Below, piece after piece: positions 1-12,700 of a DNA stretch of 64,000 nucleotides. The DNA comes from Macrostomum hystrix. Its lineage: Eukaryota; Animalia; Platyhelminthes. The notes below the pieces were generated by a model, which was not told the DNA's origin, did not search any database, and saw only the letters and a list, made by a program, of their open reading frames with translations. The DNA lies in the NCBI GenBank assembly GCA_950097015.1, contig CATNEN010000038.1, positions 28,582,001 to 28,646,000 of the forward strand, in the 5' to 3' direction. Every line of letters begins with the position of its first letter. Positions within the stretch are counted from its first letter, which is position 1. The position numbers and the translations under genes were made by a program.

Positions 1-711
1 TTACGGCTTTAATAGCCACAGAAACGCTTTGGAATGCATTGTTAATATAATACGTAGTCAGTCAGAAAACGGAATGTTGTTTTTCGTTCTGCTCAAAAGA
101 TTCTCAATATGTATTGCTATGCCGTGTTGTGCAATAAATAATCTGGTATCTAATTATATTTAAATCTCGTTTTTATTTCATTTTCTAACTTGCAGTCCGA
201 AACAGAGTCTAACCTTAAATTAACTACGTAATCTTGATATTGAGTTTTTTGTTTCGCTAACTAATTATCATTCAAATACTATAATAATTGTCCATGATGA
301 TTATGTCTTGAGTAAGGACTACAAAAACTAGAATTCGACGCAAGGAATTCGATTCGTGGATAAATAGTTAAAGACAAATTTAAGCCAAAATCGATTGAGA
401 ACTGTCAATCAATAGAAAACTCCTATATATCATATAATCAAATACTAACTAATGCTGCTTTAAGTTTCAATAATGTTCCAACGAATCAATTGTCTTGCGT
501 CCTTCTGAATTTATTAGTCATTGGTCTAATAATGATGTCGTTTATAATAAATTGTAGTTTGCGCAAAGCATAGTATTTACCGCTGTTTTTGTTTAACTGC
601 ATGCCGATACAATGTTTATGCTTCTATGATAACAGCCCTGGTTTAAATTATAGTTTTCTTAGTACAATAAAGCACCACAGTCAATAGTTTTCTTATCTTT
701 AAAAAATGCAG

Positions 712-3700
712 GAGAAAACGCTGCCACAGGATGTTCTAGACAAGATTGGCGAGGTTCTGGAGCCCTGGTTCTTCTTCTCCCTAGTATGGAGCGTCGGTGC
801 CACCTGTGACAACGATTCGCGCAAAAAGTTCGACAGATTCCTTCGCGGACGGATGAGCAACGACAGCACGGTGAGTCTCTGTGAAATTAATTTTCTTTGA
901 AAGCATTCTTAAAAGTAATTTAAGAGACGGATTTCGATAAAGGTTTGGAAATCAAACTATTTAGCAGTGAAGGCATGAGTTCTAATCCGCAGCAACGCCA
1001 AATTTATTTGAGGCACAACCGCTTGTGAATTTTTTTTGCAACTCTTGCCCACAAAGACTGCTGACTCCTGAGCACACTTGCACACAACCGTACGCGGGCA
1101 TTCGCTCACACAGGTGTGTACATCTGCCCTGACTTTCTCATCTTCAGGCAGTTTACACTCTTACTGTGCCTTGGGGGTTGGCCCTCAAGAGCGTAAGTTG
1201 CACGACAAGCCCCAAATGAATGTGGCCTCGCCGCGGAATCGAGCTAAGGGATACTAATACTGATGGTACAGTGAGAGTGTACATTGATCGAAAATGAGAA
1301 AGTCAAGGGCAGATGTACACACGTGCGTGAGTGTTCCTCAGGAGTCAGCGGAATGGGCCCTGAATTGCTTTCTCCCTGGCTGCGGGTTGATTGTCATCAA
1401 AAATGTCCCGAAATTGATGCATCATTGCCCACAGCCCCAATGCGAACGTCAATATAATTTTTCTGAATGCCATTATGAAGACTTGCGATTGATATCCTGG
1501 TTTCATCAATAAACCCCGAACAGGTGACACACAGGTTCCCGGAGGAAGGTCTGGTGTACGACTACTTCTTCAACGACGGCAATTTCCTGTCGCCAAAGAA
1601 GGACGACGAAGAGGAAGAAGAGTCCTCGCCAGAGCAGGCCGCCCAGAAGAAGGCCAAGGACGCTATGCGCTGGGAGAACTGGATGTCCAGTCTGGCAGAT
1701 TTTGTGATCCCACCGGATGCCAAGTTCAGCGAGATTATTGTGCCCACCATTGACAATGTCCGGTCTAGCCGTCTGATTGAGATGCTGCTTGTGAACCGAA
1801 AACGCGTCCTATGCGTTGGTCCAACTGGTACTGGCAAGACATTGTCCATCACGGACAAACTGAATCGCAACATGCCACAGGAGTTTATGATCGAGTCCAT
1901 TGTATTCTCGGCCAAGACTTCGTCCAATCAGACACAGGACCTCATTGACGGCAAGCTGGACAAACGACGCAAAGGTGTGTTCGGCCCGCCGCTGGGCAAG
2001 CAGATGATATTCTTCATCGACGACCTGAACATGCCGGCACTGGAGGTTTACGGAGCCCAGCCGCCAATAGAACTCATCAGACAATGGGCCGATTTCAGCG
2101 GCTGGTACGATCGCAAGGCCATCGGCGAGTTCCGTCGCCTCATCGATGTGAACTTTATCTGCGCAATGGGACCACCTGGAGGTGGCAGAAACCCGGTTAC
2201 TGCTCGCCTGCAGCGCCATTTCAACTTCTTGGCGTTTACCGAGATGGAGGACGACTCAATGACGAAGATCTTTGGCACAATTCTGACCTACTGGACTGCT
2301 CAAAGCTCTGGCGGACTGTCTCGTTTCACCAATCAAATGGTGAAGACTTGCATCGCCGTTTACTCAGAGATTCAACGAGTTCTACTGCCCACGCCTGCTA
2401 AGAGTCATTACACATTCAACTTGCGCGATCTCAGCAAGGTGTTCCAGGTGCGTTGAATGAAGGGGGTTTAATTAAATCCTACTCGTTTTAGTACTGTTAC
2501 GTAAGCCGAATTTAGTAAATTAATTATACCGTTTTACGATCGTATGCTTCCAGGGCATTCTGATGGTCGACGCGAACAACGTTAACAACCTTGACGACCT
2601 ACTTCGCCTGTGGTTTCACGAGAGCTGTCGCGTCTTCCAAGACCGCCTGGTCAATGACGATGATCGTGATTGGTTCCGCGAGCTGTTGCAGCAGAAGATG
2701 CAAGAGGATTTCGATCGCAAATACGACGAGGTTGTGCCCAGAGAGCCACTGCTGTACGGCGACTTCCTATCTGGCGCTGAGAACAGACAGTACGTTGAGT
2801 TCACTAATCCCGAGGAGATGGTGAAGCGAGTTGAAGAGCACCTGGAGGACTACAATCAGATCAACACTGCGCAAATGCAATTAGTGCTATTTATGGACGC
2901 TATTAGGCACGTGTGTCGCATTTCTCGCATCATTCGACAGCCGTTGGGCAACGCCCTACTGCTCGGCATGGGCGGCTCCGGACGGCAGAGCCTGACTCGA
3001 CTGGCTGCTCACATGTGAGCTGGTTTAGAGCCGTAAAATACTACTCAGTAGACTAACTCAATAGGCTAGCTAGCTGAACTGTTTAATTTCAATTGGAACA
3101 TTGCAGGGCCGAGTTTGATTGCTTCCAAATCGAGCTATCAAAGAATTACGGCGTGACCGAGTGGCGCGACGATTTGAAAAAGGTCATGATGAAGGCCGGC
3201 CTAGAAAATCAGCCGGTTGTGTTCCTCTTCTCGGACACTCAGGTGGGTCTCAACTGGTAATGCAATAGACCAGGGGTCAGCATCTCTCACTTGTCTCATC
3301 TCTCCCCCTGTGTCATCTCTCCCCTGTCTCATCCCTACCGTGTCTTGTCTCATCTCTCACTTGTCTCATCTCTCACTTGTCTCATCTCTCCCCTGTCTCA
3401 TCTCTCCCCCTGTGTCATCTCTCCCCTGTCTCATCCCTACCGTGTCTTGTCTCATCTCTCACTTGTCTCATCTCTTACTTGTCTCATCTCTCCCCTGTCT
3501 CATCTCTCCCCCTGTGTCATCTCTCCCCTGTCTCATCTCTCCCCCTGTGTCATCTCTCCCCTGTCTCATCTCTCCCCCTGTGTCATCTCACCCCTGTCTC
3601 ATCTTTCCAGTGTCTTATAATCCAATATTTTTATTTAAAATTTTTTTGCTTTAACGCGCAGATCAAATCTGAGTCCTTCCTCGAAGACCTTAACAACGTG

Positions 3701-6700
3701 TTAAACGCTGGAGACGTTCCCAACATCTATGCCGCCGACGAAATGGACGCAATCTTCAACGCAATGAAGCCGTTGGTGCAGGACGCTGGCCTTGCGGCTA
3801 CCAAGACCAACTTCATGGCCACCTACACTAGACGAGTGCGCAGCAATCTACACACTGTCATCACAATGAGCCCGATTGGCGAGGTCTTCCGCGCTCGCTT
3901 GCGCCAGTTCCCGGCTCTGGTGACCTGCTGCACGATCGACTGGTTCAGCGCCTGGCCAGCTGAAGCCTTGGAATCCGTGGCTCTTCGCTTCCTCAACGAC
4001 ATTCAGGAACTGGAGGTTGGCCAGACCGTTTTTTAGGAAAATATAATATTCCTATTTTGGTGACAGTAGACCCGCAACCAGCGAGGAGGCAATTCCGATT
4101 TATTCCTGAGCACACACAGGTGTGTATATCTGCCCTGACTTTCTCATGTGTACACTGCCTGACGATAAGAAAGTCAGGGGCCATGTACACACCTGTGTGA
4201 GTGTGTGCTCAAGATTCCATCGATTGGAGTCAGTGGGTCTACTATCACCGAATGCTGTGTGTGCAGTTGTCTACAATCCCTAAAGAATATAATTATTAGT
4301 GGAATTAATTAGTAGACTTATAGTCCATTGGTAGGTGGTAGGTGGTGTTTCCCAATAGATTAAGATCTCACCTTTGTTTTAATCAGCTTCAGCACCAGAA
4401 TCAGAACCAGAAAGTTGTCTTTGGTACATATTAAAGTCCAGCGGGGCTCATAGTTGTTTTCGAATCTTAAAACCGTTTATCAACTTCTCCACTCGCCAAG
4501 GTCACGGACGACACAATCAAATGCCTGGTGACAATGTGCCAAGCTATTCACTCTAGCGTCACGGACAACACCGATCGCTTCAAAGCCGAATTGTCGCGCT
4601 ACAATTATGTGACACCTACAAGCTACCTGGAACTGCTTGGCATCTTCAGCAAACTCTACGGAATGAAGAAGTCAGAGATTTTGACCGCGCGCAATAGGAC
4701 TAAGAATGGCTTGGACAAACTGTTGGAAACAGAACAGATCGTATCTAAGCTGCAGGAGGATTTGGAAGTGCTCAAACCGCAGCTGGAGGAGTCCGTCAAG
4801 GAGATGGCGGTGATGACTGCCAAGATTCAGGAAGATCAGGTGGGTCTTATCACTTTTTCCTTATCCTAATTGTTTAACGTGCTCATAAATAACGCCATGG
4901 CTACGTTGTTTTTTTCAGGTAACAGCTAACGAAGTGAAATCGGTGGTAGCAAAAGAGGAGGCCGCTGCCACGGTCAAGGCCAAGCAGTGTAAGGCCATCA
5001 AGGATGACGCTCAGCGAGATCTAGACGAGGCTCTTCCGGCGCTAGAGGCTGCATTGGCTTCGCTGAAGAACCTAAACAGAAATGACATTGTGGAGGTGCG
5101 CGCCATGCAGCGGCCGCCTGCTGGTGTCACCATGGTGGTAGAGGCTGTCTGTATCATGATGCAGGTGCGTTCTCGAGTCTCTTAGTTTGATTCATAATTC
5201 AGTTTTTAATGTTTGCAGCTATGTACACTCGCCAATGCCTTACCCCCAGGCTATCAGGGGGTTTGCAGCTATGTACACTCGCCAATGCCTTACCCCCAGG
5301 CTATCAGGGGGTTTTTGCCGCTATGTACACTCGCCAATTCCTTACCCCCGGGCTTTCAGGGGGTTTGCCGCTATGTACACTCGCCAATTCCTTACCCCCG
5401 GGCTTTCAGGGGGTTTGCAGCTATGTACACTTGCCAATTCCTTACCTTGCCTGATAGGCAAACTATCAGGAGGTTTGAAGGTTTGTACGCTCGCCAGTTG
5501 TCATAGACCTACAGGTCTATCATCAACAAAAGTTTATTGTCCTGCATGCTGAAGTGCTTTCCATTTTCTTACGGTTCTTCTCATCCAACTCATAATCTCG
5601 CAGGTGAAGCCGAACAAGGTGCCGGGCGAGAAGCTGGGCACAAAGGTCGACTCCTACTGGGAGCCTGGCAAGGTGCTACTAAATGATCCGGGCAAATTCC
5701 TCGACAGCCTGTTCACCTATGACAAGGACAACATACCGGAGTCCGTCATCACGAAGATTCAGCCGTACATTGACTCGGAGAATTTTCAACCCGCGGCCAT
5801 AGCCAAGGTGTCGAAGGCGTGCACTTCGATCTGTCAGTGGGCTAGAGCCATGCACAAGTATCACTTCGTTGCCATGAGTGTGGCGCCGAAGCGAGCAGCC
5901 CTAGCCGAGGCTGAGCAGGAGCTCAACGAGACCATGAGGACACTGGAGGACGCCAGGGCCAGATTGAAGGAGGCCGAAGACCGCATTGCCACGCTGCAGG
6001 TGCGTTGGGGTTTCCCCGTTGATTGACAGGTGGGATAAGAGAGTGACAGGTAGGATAAGAGAGTGACAGGAAGGATTAGATATTGACAGGAAGGATTCTA
6101 AATTAACAGGTAGGATTAGAGAGTAACAGGTAAGATTAGAGTGACAGGTAGGATTAGTGATTGATAGGTAGGATTAGTGAGTGACAGGTAGGATTCGAGA
6201 GTGACAGGTAGGATTCGAGAGTGACAGGTAGGATAAGAGAGTGACAGGAAGGATTAGATATTGACAGGAAGGATTAGATATTGACAGGAAGGATTAGATA
6301 TTGACAGGTAGGATTAGAAATTGACAGGTAGGATTAGTGATTGATAGGTAGGATTCGAGAGTGACAGGTAGGATAAGAGAGTGACAGGAAGGATTAGATA
6401 GTGACAGGAAGGATTAGATATTGACAGGTAGGATTAGAGAGTAACAGGTAGGATTAGTGATTGATAGGTAGGATTCGAGAGTGACAGGTAGGAAAAGAGA
6501 GTGACAGGAAGGATTAGATAGTGACAGGAAGGATTAGATATTGACAGGTAGGATTAGAGAGTAACAGGTAGGATTAGTGATTGATAGGTAGGATTCGAGA
6601 GTGACAGGTAGGAAAAGAGAGTGACAGGAAGGATTAGATAGTGACAGGAAGGATTAGATATTGACAGGTAGGATTAGTGATTGATAGGTAGGATTCGAGA

Positions 6701-9700
6701 GTGACAGGTAGGAAAAGAGAGTGACAGGAAGGATTAGATAGTGACAGGAAGGATTAGATATTGACAGGTAGGATTAGAAATTGACAGGTAGGATTAGAGA
6801 GTAACAGGTAAGATTAGAGTGACAGGTAGGATTAGTGATTGATAGGTAGGATTAGTGAGTGACAGGTATGATTCGAGAGGGACAGGTACGATATGAGAGT
6901 GACAGTTAGGGTTAGTGAGTGACAGGTAGGATTAAAGAGTGACAGGTAGGATTAGAGAGTTACGGGTAGGATCGGATAGTGACAGGTGACAGGAATGGAG
7001 ACTGACCATTGCTACTGACCCAGCGCCAACAAACTTTCCTAACTAACACAGGCCAGCTACGATGAAAAGATCCGTAGCAAGCGCAAGCTGGAAGAGGAGC
7101 AGGCCACTTGCGAAGCCCGCCTCTATCGGGCCGACAAGCTTATTGGCGGCCTTGGCAATGAAAAGGACCGCTGGAAGGAGACTGTCACACGGTTGGACTT
7201 TGCCCTGAATAACATTGTTGGCAACGTGCTCCTGTCGGCTGCGTACATCGCTTATCTGGGCACATTCACTAGCGATTACCGCAATCGCATGTGCAACGAG
7301 TGGGTTGACGATCTGCAGAAATTCAAGGCAAGCTTTGTTTCATTGTATTAGTTTTCTTCCCAACTCAATCCCTTAACCCCACCTCACTCGCGCACACCTC
7401 ACTCCGAGGACCCCATCTCACTCCTTGAACGCCCACCCCAATCCCAGCACCCCCGCCACATTCCCTGAACCCACTTTACTCCCTAGACGCCTAACCCACT
7501 CCCTAGACCGCCACCTCACTCCCAGGCCGTCCATCTCTCTCCCTGGACGCCCACCTCCCTCCCAGGGCACCAACCTCACTCCCTTGACACCCACCTGACT
7601 CCCTGGACGCCCACCCCGCTCCCCGAAGCCTACCTCACTCCCAGGGCACCAACCTCACTCCTTTGGCACCAATCACTTCCAACTTCATACCCTAAGCCGC
7701 AAGTCACAACCGCTTTATTGATTTTTTAGGTGCCCTTCACGCGACAACCGGCGCCAAACCTGACAGACACGCTGGGCGATCCGGTGCGCGTTCGCAGCTG
7801 GCAAATCTACGGCCTGCCTAAGGACAACTACTCCACCGAGAATGCGGTCATTGTGCAGTACTCGCGCCGCTGGCCCCTGTTTATCGATCCGCAGGGTCAG
7901 GCCAACAAATGGGTGCGCAACCTGGAGAAAGACCAGGGCGTGGATGTCATCAAACTGTCTGACAAAGACTTCCTCCGCAGCCTAGAGAATGCCGTCAGGT
8001 TTGGCAAGCCCTGCCTACTGGAGAATGTTGGCGAAGAGCTTGACCCAGCTCTGGAGCCAATCCTGCTGAAGCAGACATTCAAACAGCAGGGCTCCACGGT
8101 CATCAAGCTTGGCGACGCTGTCATCCCCTATCACGAGGATTTCAAGTTCTACATAACAACAAAGTTGTCTAACCCGCACTACACACCTGAGGTAATGCAC
8201 TAATTTAGCTAACTATTGTATTTAAGTAATATATGCTACCCTCTAATGTTTTACAAATAAACACCTGTCTAAAATATTATTTCGCACCTCTATCAGGACC
8301 ACATCCTTTTCACACCTGCGTGGACCAATTAACACATTGTCGGGCAGAAAAAGCGCTTATCATACATCTGTCTGGACTAGTAATTATACCTACTTTGACC
8401 AATCCGAACATTTTTAAACCTGTCTGGTACGATCTGGGCTGTCCAACACAGTCCAAACCCTTATCGCACCTCTGCCTGGACCAATTAACACCTGTTCAAC
8501 ATAGTTTAAACCCTTATCGCACCTCTGCCTGGACCAATTTACACCTGCGATTTTTTGCGAACTTCGCGTTTATTTAAACTACGCTGACAACCTTTCGCAC
8601 ATATTAAATAAATACTACCTGTCTCAATTATTCTCTCTCATTTCGAACTTCAAATCAATTAACGATCCCTAGTCTGCAAATCGATTCCTACGCACAGGTA
8701 AGCACCAAGGTGACAGTAATCAACTTTACTCTGTCTCCAAGCGGCCTGGAAGACCAACTTCTGGCCATTGTGGTGGCTGAAGAGCGACCCGACCTCGAGG
8801 ACGCCAAGAATCAGCTGATTGTTAGCAATGCCAAAATGAAGGCCGAACTGAAAGAGATCGAGGACGAAATTCTCCGCCGACTCAGCGAGTCCAAGGGCTC
8901 GCCGGTTGACGACGAAGACCTGATCAAGACTTTGGACGCTTCCACCGCTAAATCGGCCGAGATTAATGCCAAGGTCATTGTGTCCGAGCAAACTGAACGA
9001 GACATCGACGAGACTCGGTCGAAATACGTCCCGGTGGCCGTCCGCACCCAGATCCTGTTCTTCTGCGTTGCCGACCTGGCCAAGATCGACCCGATGTACC
9101 AGTACAGCCTGGAGTGGTTCATCACGATCTTCTTGAACGGCATCAACAATGCTGAGAGAGCTGGTTAGTACGCATTGTGTGCTTTTTGTTTGAAGTATTT
9201 GTTGACCGTCGAAGTGAGTTTTTAGCATTGTGGTTAGAGGTCGGAAGTTCGAATCTAAAAAAATGAAAAAAATATTTACAATGTCTAAGTTGCACAATTA
9301 ATTATTCACTATTTTTCAGGAGGTGAGATTCGTCACACTAAGGCATCAGCAGTGATTTTGCTAATTAATTATTTTTTCTCGCAGAATTTCTAGTTTTTCT
9401 TTTAACGCATGAGCTGGTGTTTCTACTTATCTAGTGATGAATCGAGAGAATATACATTCGCTTTGACTTACTTATCCTCTTCTACAAATATAACGGAAGT
9501 AAAGCCAATGAAAAAATTGTACCAAGGCGGATTTGAACCCAGGACCCTACTCTCATAAGTTGCACTTGTCAAATGCATCCTCAAATAGCTTTTTTGCACG
9601 AAGAATTTTTTAGCTTTTCCTAGAAAGGTTTCATTATTTCCTAGAAATTTCTCAAGCATCCTGGCATCCTCAATAGCTTTTTTGCACGGAACATTGTTAC

Positions 9701-12700
9701 TGTCGAATTCCGCAGACAACATCGAGAAGCGCATTCACAACATCAACGAGTTCTTCACGTACAGTCTGTACACCAATGTCTGTCGCAGCTTGTTCGAGAA
9801 GCACAAACTGCTGTTCTCCTTCCTGTTGGCTAGCAGGATCTTGCAAAGTGATGGAAAGATTAATATTGTAAGTGTTTTAGCACTGCTTGATTGTGCACTA
9901 TCATTTTGCGTCAAGAAATGAATTATCGGCAATGTTCTACTTCCGTTCGTTATATTATCTTTTTGTTTTCAAACGACAGATAACGACAAAAAAACAAGTT
10001 TAATGGTAACAAAAAGTCAGTAGTTTGGTCAGACAGTTCTGAAAAGTCTTGGTCAGTCTTTCTTCTTTCAAACCGGTGCCTAATCGAGTAGAGGAGGGCG
10101 CCGAAGCTATTCTTGGGGTATAGACGGCGCCATAAGAATTCTTTGAGGTGGCTTTTGAATAGAGCATCACTCGTGCCAAGCATTTGACGCAGCTTGGCCT
10201 TCGCAAAACTTCAGCTGCAGAATTTCTGTGCCTTAGCTTCCTGTTCCCCCATATTTGCCAGATTTTGCCATAGACATAGATCCAAGTGTCAAGTCACGGC
10301 AAAGCCACGTCAGCACAACTTTTTCAAACTCAGAATGCACGTGTGGCACGAATTCAAACGAAAAAATAATATAACGAACGGAAGTAGAACATTGCCGAAT
10401 TACCGTCGTCACCTTAGTACATTCAAACCTTTCTCTTACTACCAAGTACATTCAATCGCCACTTTCTATTCATGTAGAAAGTAGAAAGTCATGTATTCAT
10501 TCAAACTCTGCTCGCTATCAATGTACATTCAAACCCCAGTCCCTATCAATGTACATTCAAACCCCACTCCCTATCAATGTACATTCAAACCCCACTCCCT
10601 ATCAATGTACATTCAAACCCCAGTCTCTATCAATGTACCTTCTGTCGTAGACGATAGCCACCGACTCCGCCCACACCTCCTCGCAGTTGGAGTGGCGTTT
10701 CCTACTGGCCGGCGGAACCCAACGCGCCAAGGAGCTTGACAATCCGGCGCCGGAGTGGATCTCCGACAGATCCTGGAACGAGGTGCTCACCCTGGGCGCA
10801 CTGGACACGTTCAAGGCCTTCCCTGACGAGTTCGCGCATCACCTGGCCGACTACAAGGCCATCTTCGATAGCGCCGATCCAGAGCGCGAACCCCTACCCG
10901 GCCACTGGAACGACGATTTGGACGCCTTCCAGAAGCTCCTGATTGTTCGCTGCCTGCGTCCGGACAAAGTCACCAATGCTATGCAAGATTTTGTAGCCAG
11001 CTTTCTAGGCCAACGCTTCATTGAGCCGCAGACTGCTAACCTGAGCCTGGTGTTCAAGGACTCCAGCGCCACAACTCCGCTGATCTTCGTACTGAGCCAG
11101 GGCACAGATCCGGCTAGCGATCTGAAAAAATTTGCCGACGAGATGCGCTTTTCTAAGAAACTGGACTCCGTCTCGCTCGGCCAGGGCCAGGGACCCATCG
11201 CTGAGGCGAAGATGCGTTCCGCTATGGAGCGGGGCAAGTGGGTGTTCTTTCAAAACTGTCACCTGGCGCCTAGCTTCATGCCGATGCTGGAGCGCCTAGT
11301 TGAACAGATCGATCCGGATAAAGTGCATCGCGATTTCCGCCTGTGGCTAACTAGCATGCCTTCACCAAAGTTTCCTGTGTACATTCTGCAGAATGGAAGC
11401 AAAATGACTGTCGAACCGCCGAGGGGTATTAAGGCCAACCTGCTCAAGTCTTACCTGGGCGTTAACGACGACCTGCTTAACTCCGTTGGAGAGAAGGTAA
11501 GTTTTACAGTGGATAGGAGATTCAGTAGTTTGAGTGGTAGAGGTTGATTGGTTGAGTCAGTAGGGTGCTCGGTAGAGTCAGTAGGTTGATCGGTATAGTC
11601 AGTAGGTTGATCGGTAGAGTCAGTAGGTTTCTCGGTAGAGTCAGTAGGTTGATCGGTAGAGTCAATTGGTTGATTGGTAGAGTCAGTAGGTTGATTGGTA
11701 GAGTCAGTAGGTTGATCGGTATAGTCAGTAGGTTGATCGGTAGCGCACCGCTCTCGCCTTGCAGCACAGCGAACGCAACTACCAGTTCAAGAGCCTGCTG
11801 CTGTCCCTGTCCCTGTTTCACGGTGTGCTATTGGAGCGTCGTAAATATGGCGCCCTCGGTTTCAACATTCCCTACGAATTCACAGACGGTGATTTGAAGA
11901 TATGTCAGGATCAGTTGCAGATGTTCCTAACCGAATACGCCGAGATTCCATACAAGGTGCTGAAGTACACGGCCGGACACATCAACTACGGCGGTCGCGT
12001 GACCGACGATTGGGATCGGCGCTGCGTTATGAACATCCTCGGAGAGTTCTACCATGAACAGGTGCGAAATCTTGAGGTGTATATAGGGAAAACTTTATCA
12101 AGATGTTATCAAGCATACAAAAAGTACGTATACGCAGACAATTGTCTAGAATCAGGAGGTGAGTGGCAGAGTGTGTGAGAGGTTACATGCGTTAGGTCCC
12201 TGAGCTCGATTCCGCGGCGAGGCCACATTTATTTGGGGCGCAGCCGCGGAGAGAAGGCTTGGTGGCTTGTCGTGCAATTTGCGCCCTTGAGTGCCAACCT
12301 CCAAGGCACAGTGAGTGTGTACACTGCCAGATCTACACACCTGTGTGAGCGTATGCCTGCGTACGGTATCTGTGTGCATGTGAGCTCAGGAGTCAGCGAA
12401 ATGGGCAGAATTGCCTCCTCGCTGGCTGCGGGTCAAGTGTCACCAAATGATGTGCCATTGCCCGCAGCCCTCCTGCAAGTATTATTATTAATACTGTCTA
12501 AATCAATGTTTAAATATTCGCTCATCCATTCAACACGGATTGCAGGTTCTCGAAGGCGACTTCAAATACTCGGAATCCGGCACCTATCGCCAGATTAATC
12601 CTGAGAGTGATCACGCCGCATACCTGGCTTACATCAAGAGCCTGCCAATCAACGACACACCGGAGATCTTCGGCCTGCACGACAATGCCAACATAACATT

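Noticed and set aside
9505-9570. tRNA-like T-arm (gggttcaaatcc) on the minus strand followed by a T-run
   Set aside because: No D-arm or acceptor stem could be built; probably a decayed fragment.
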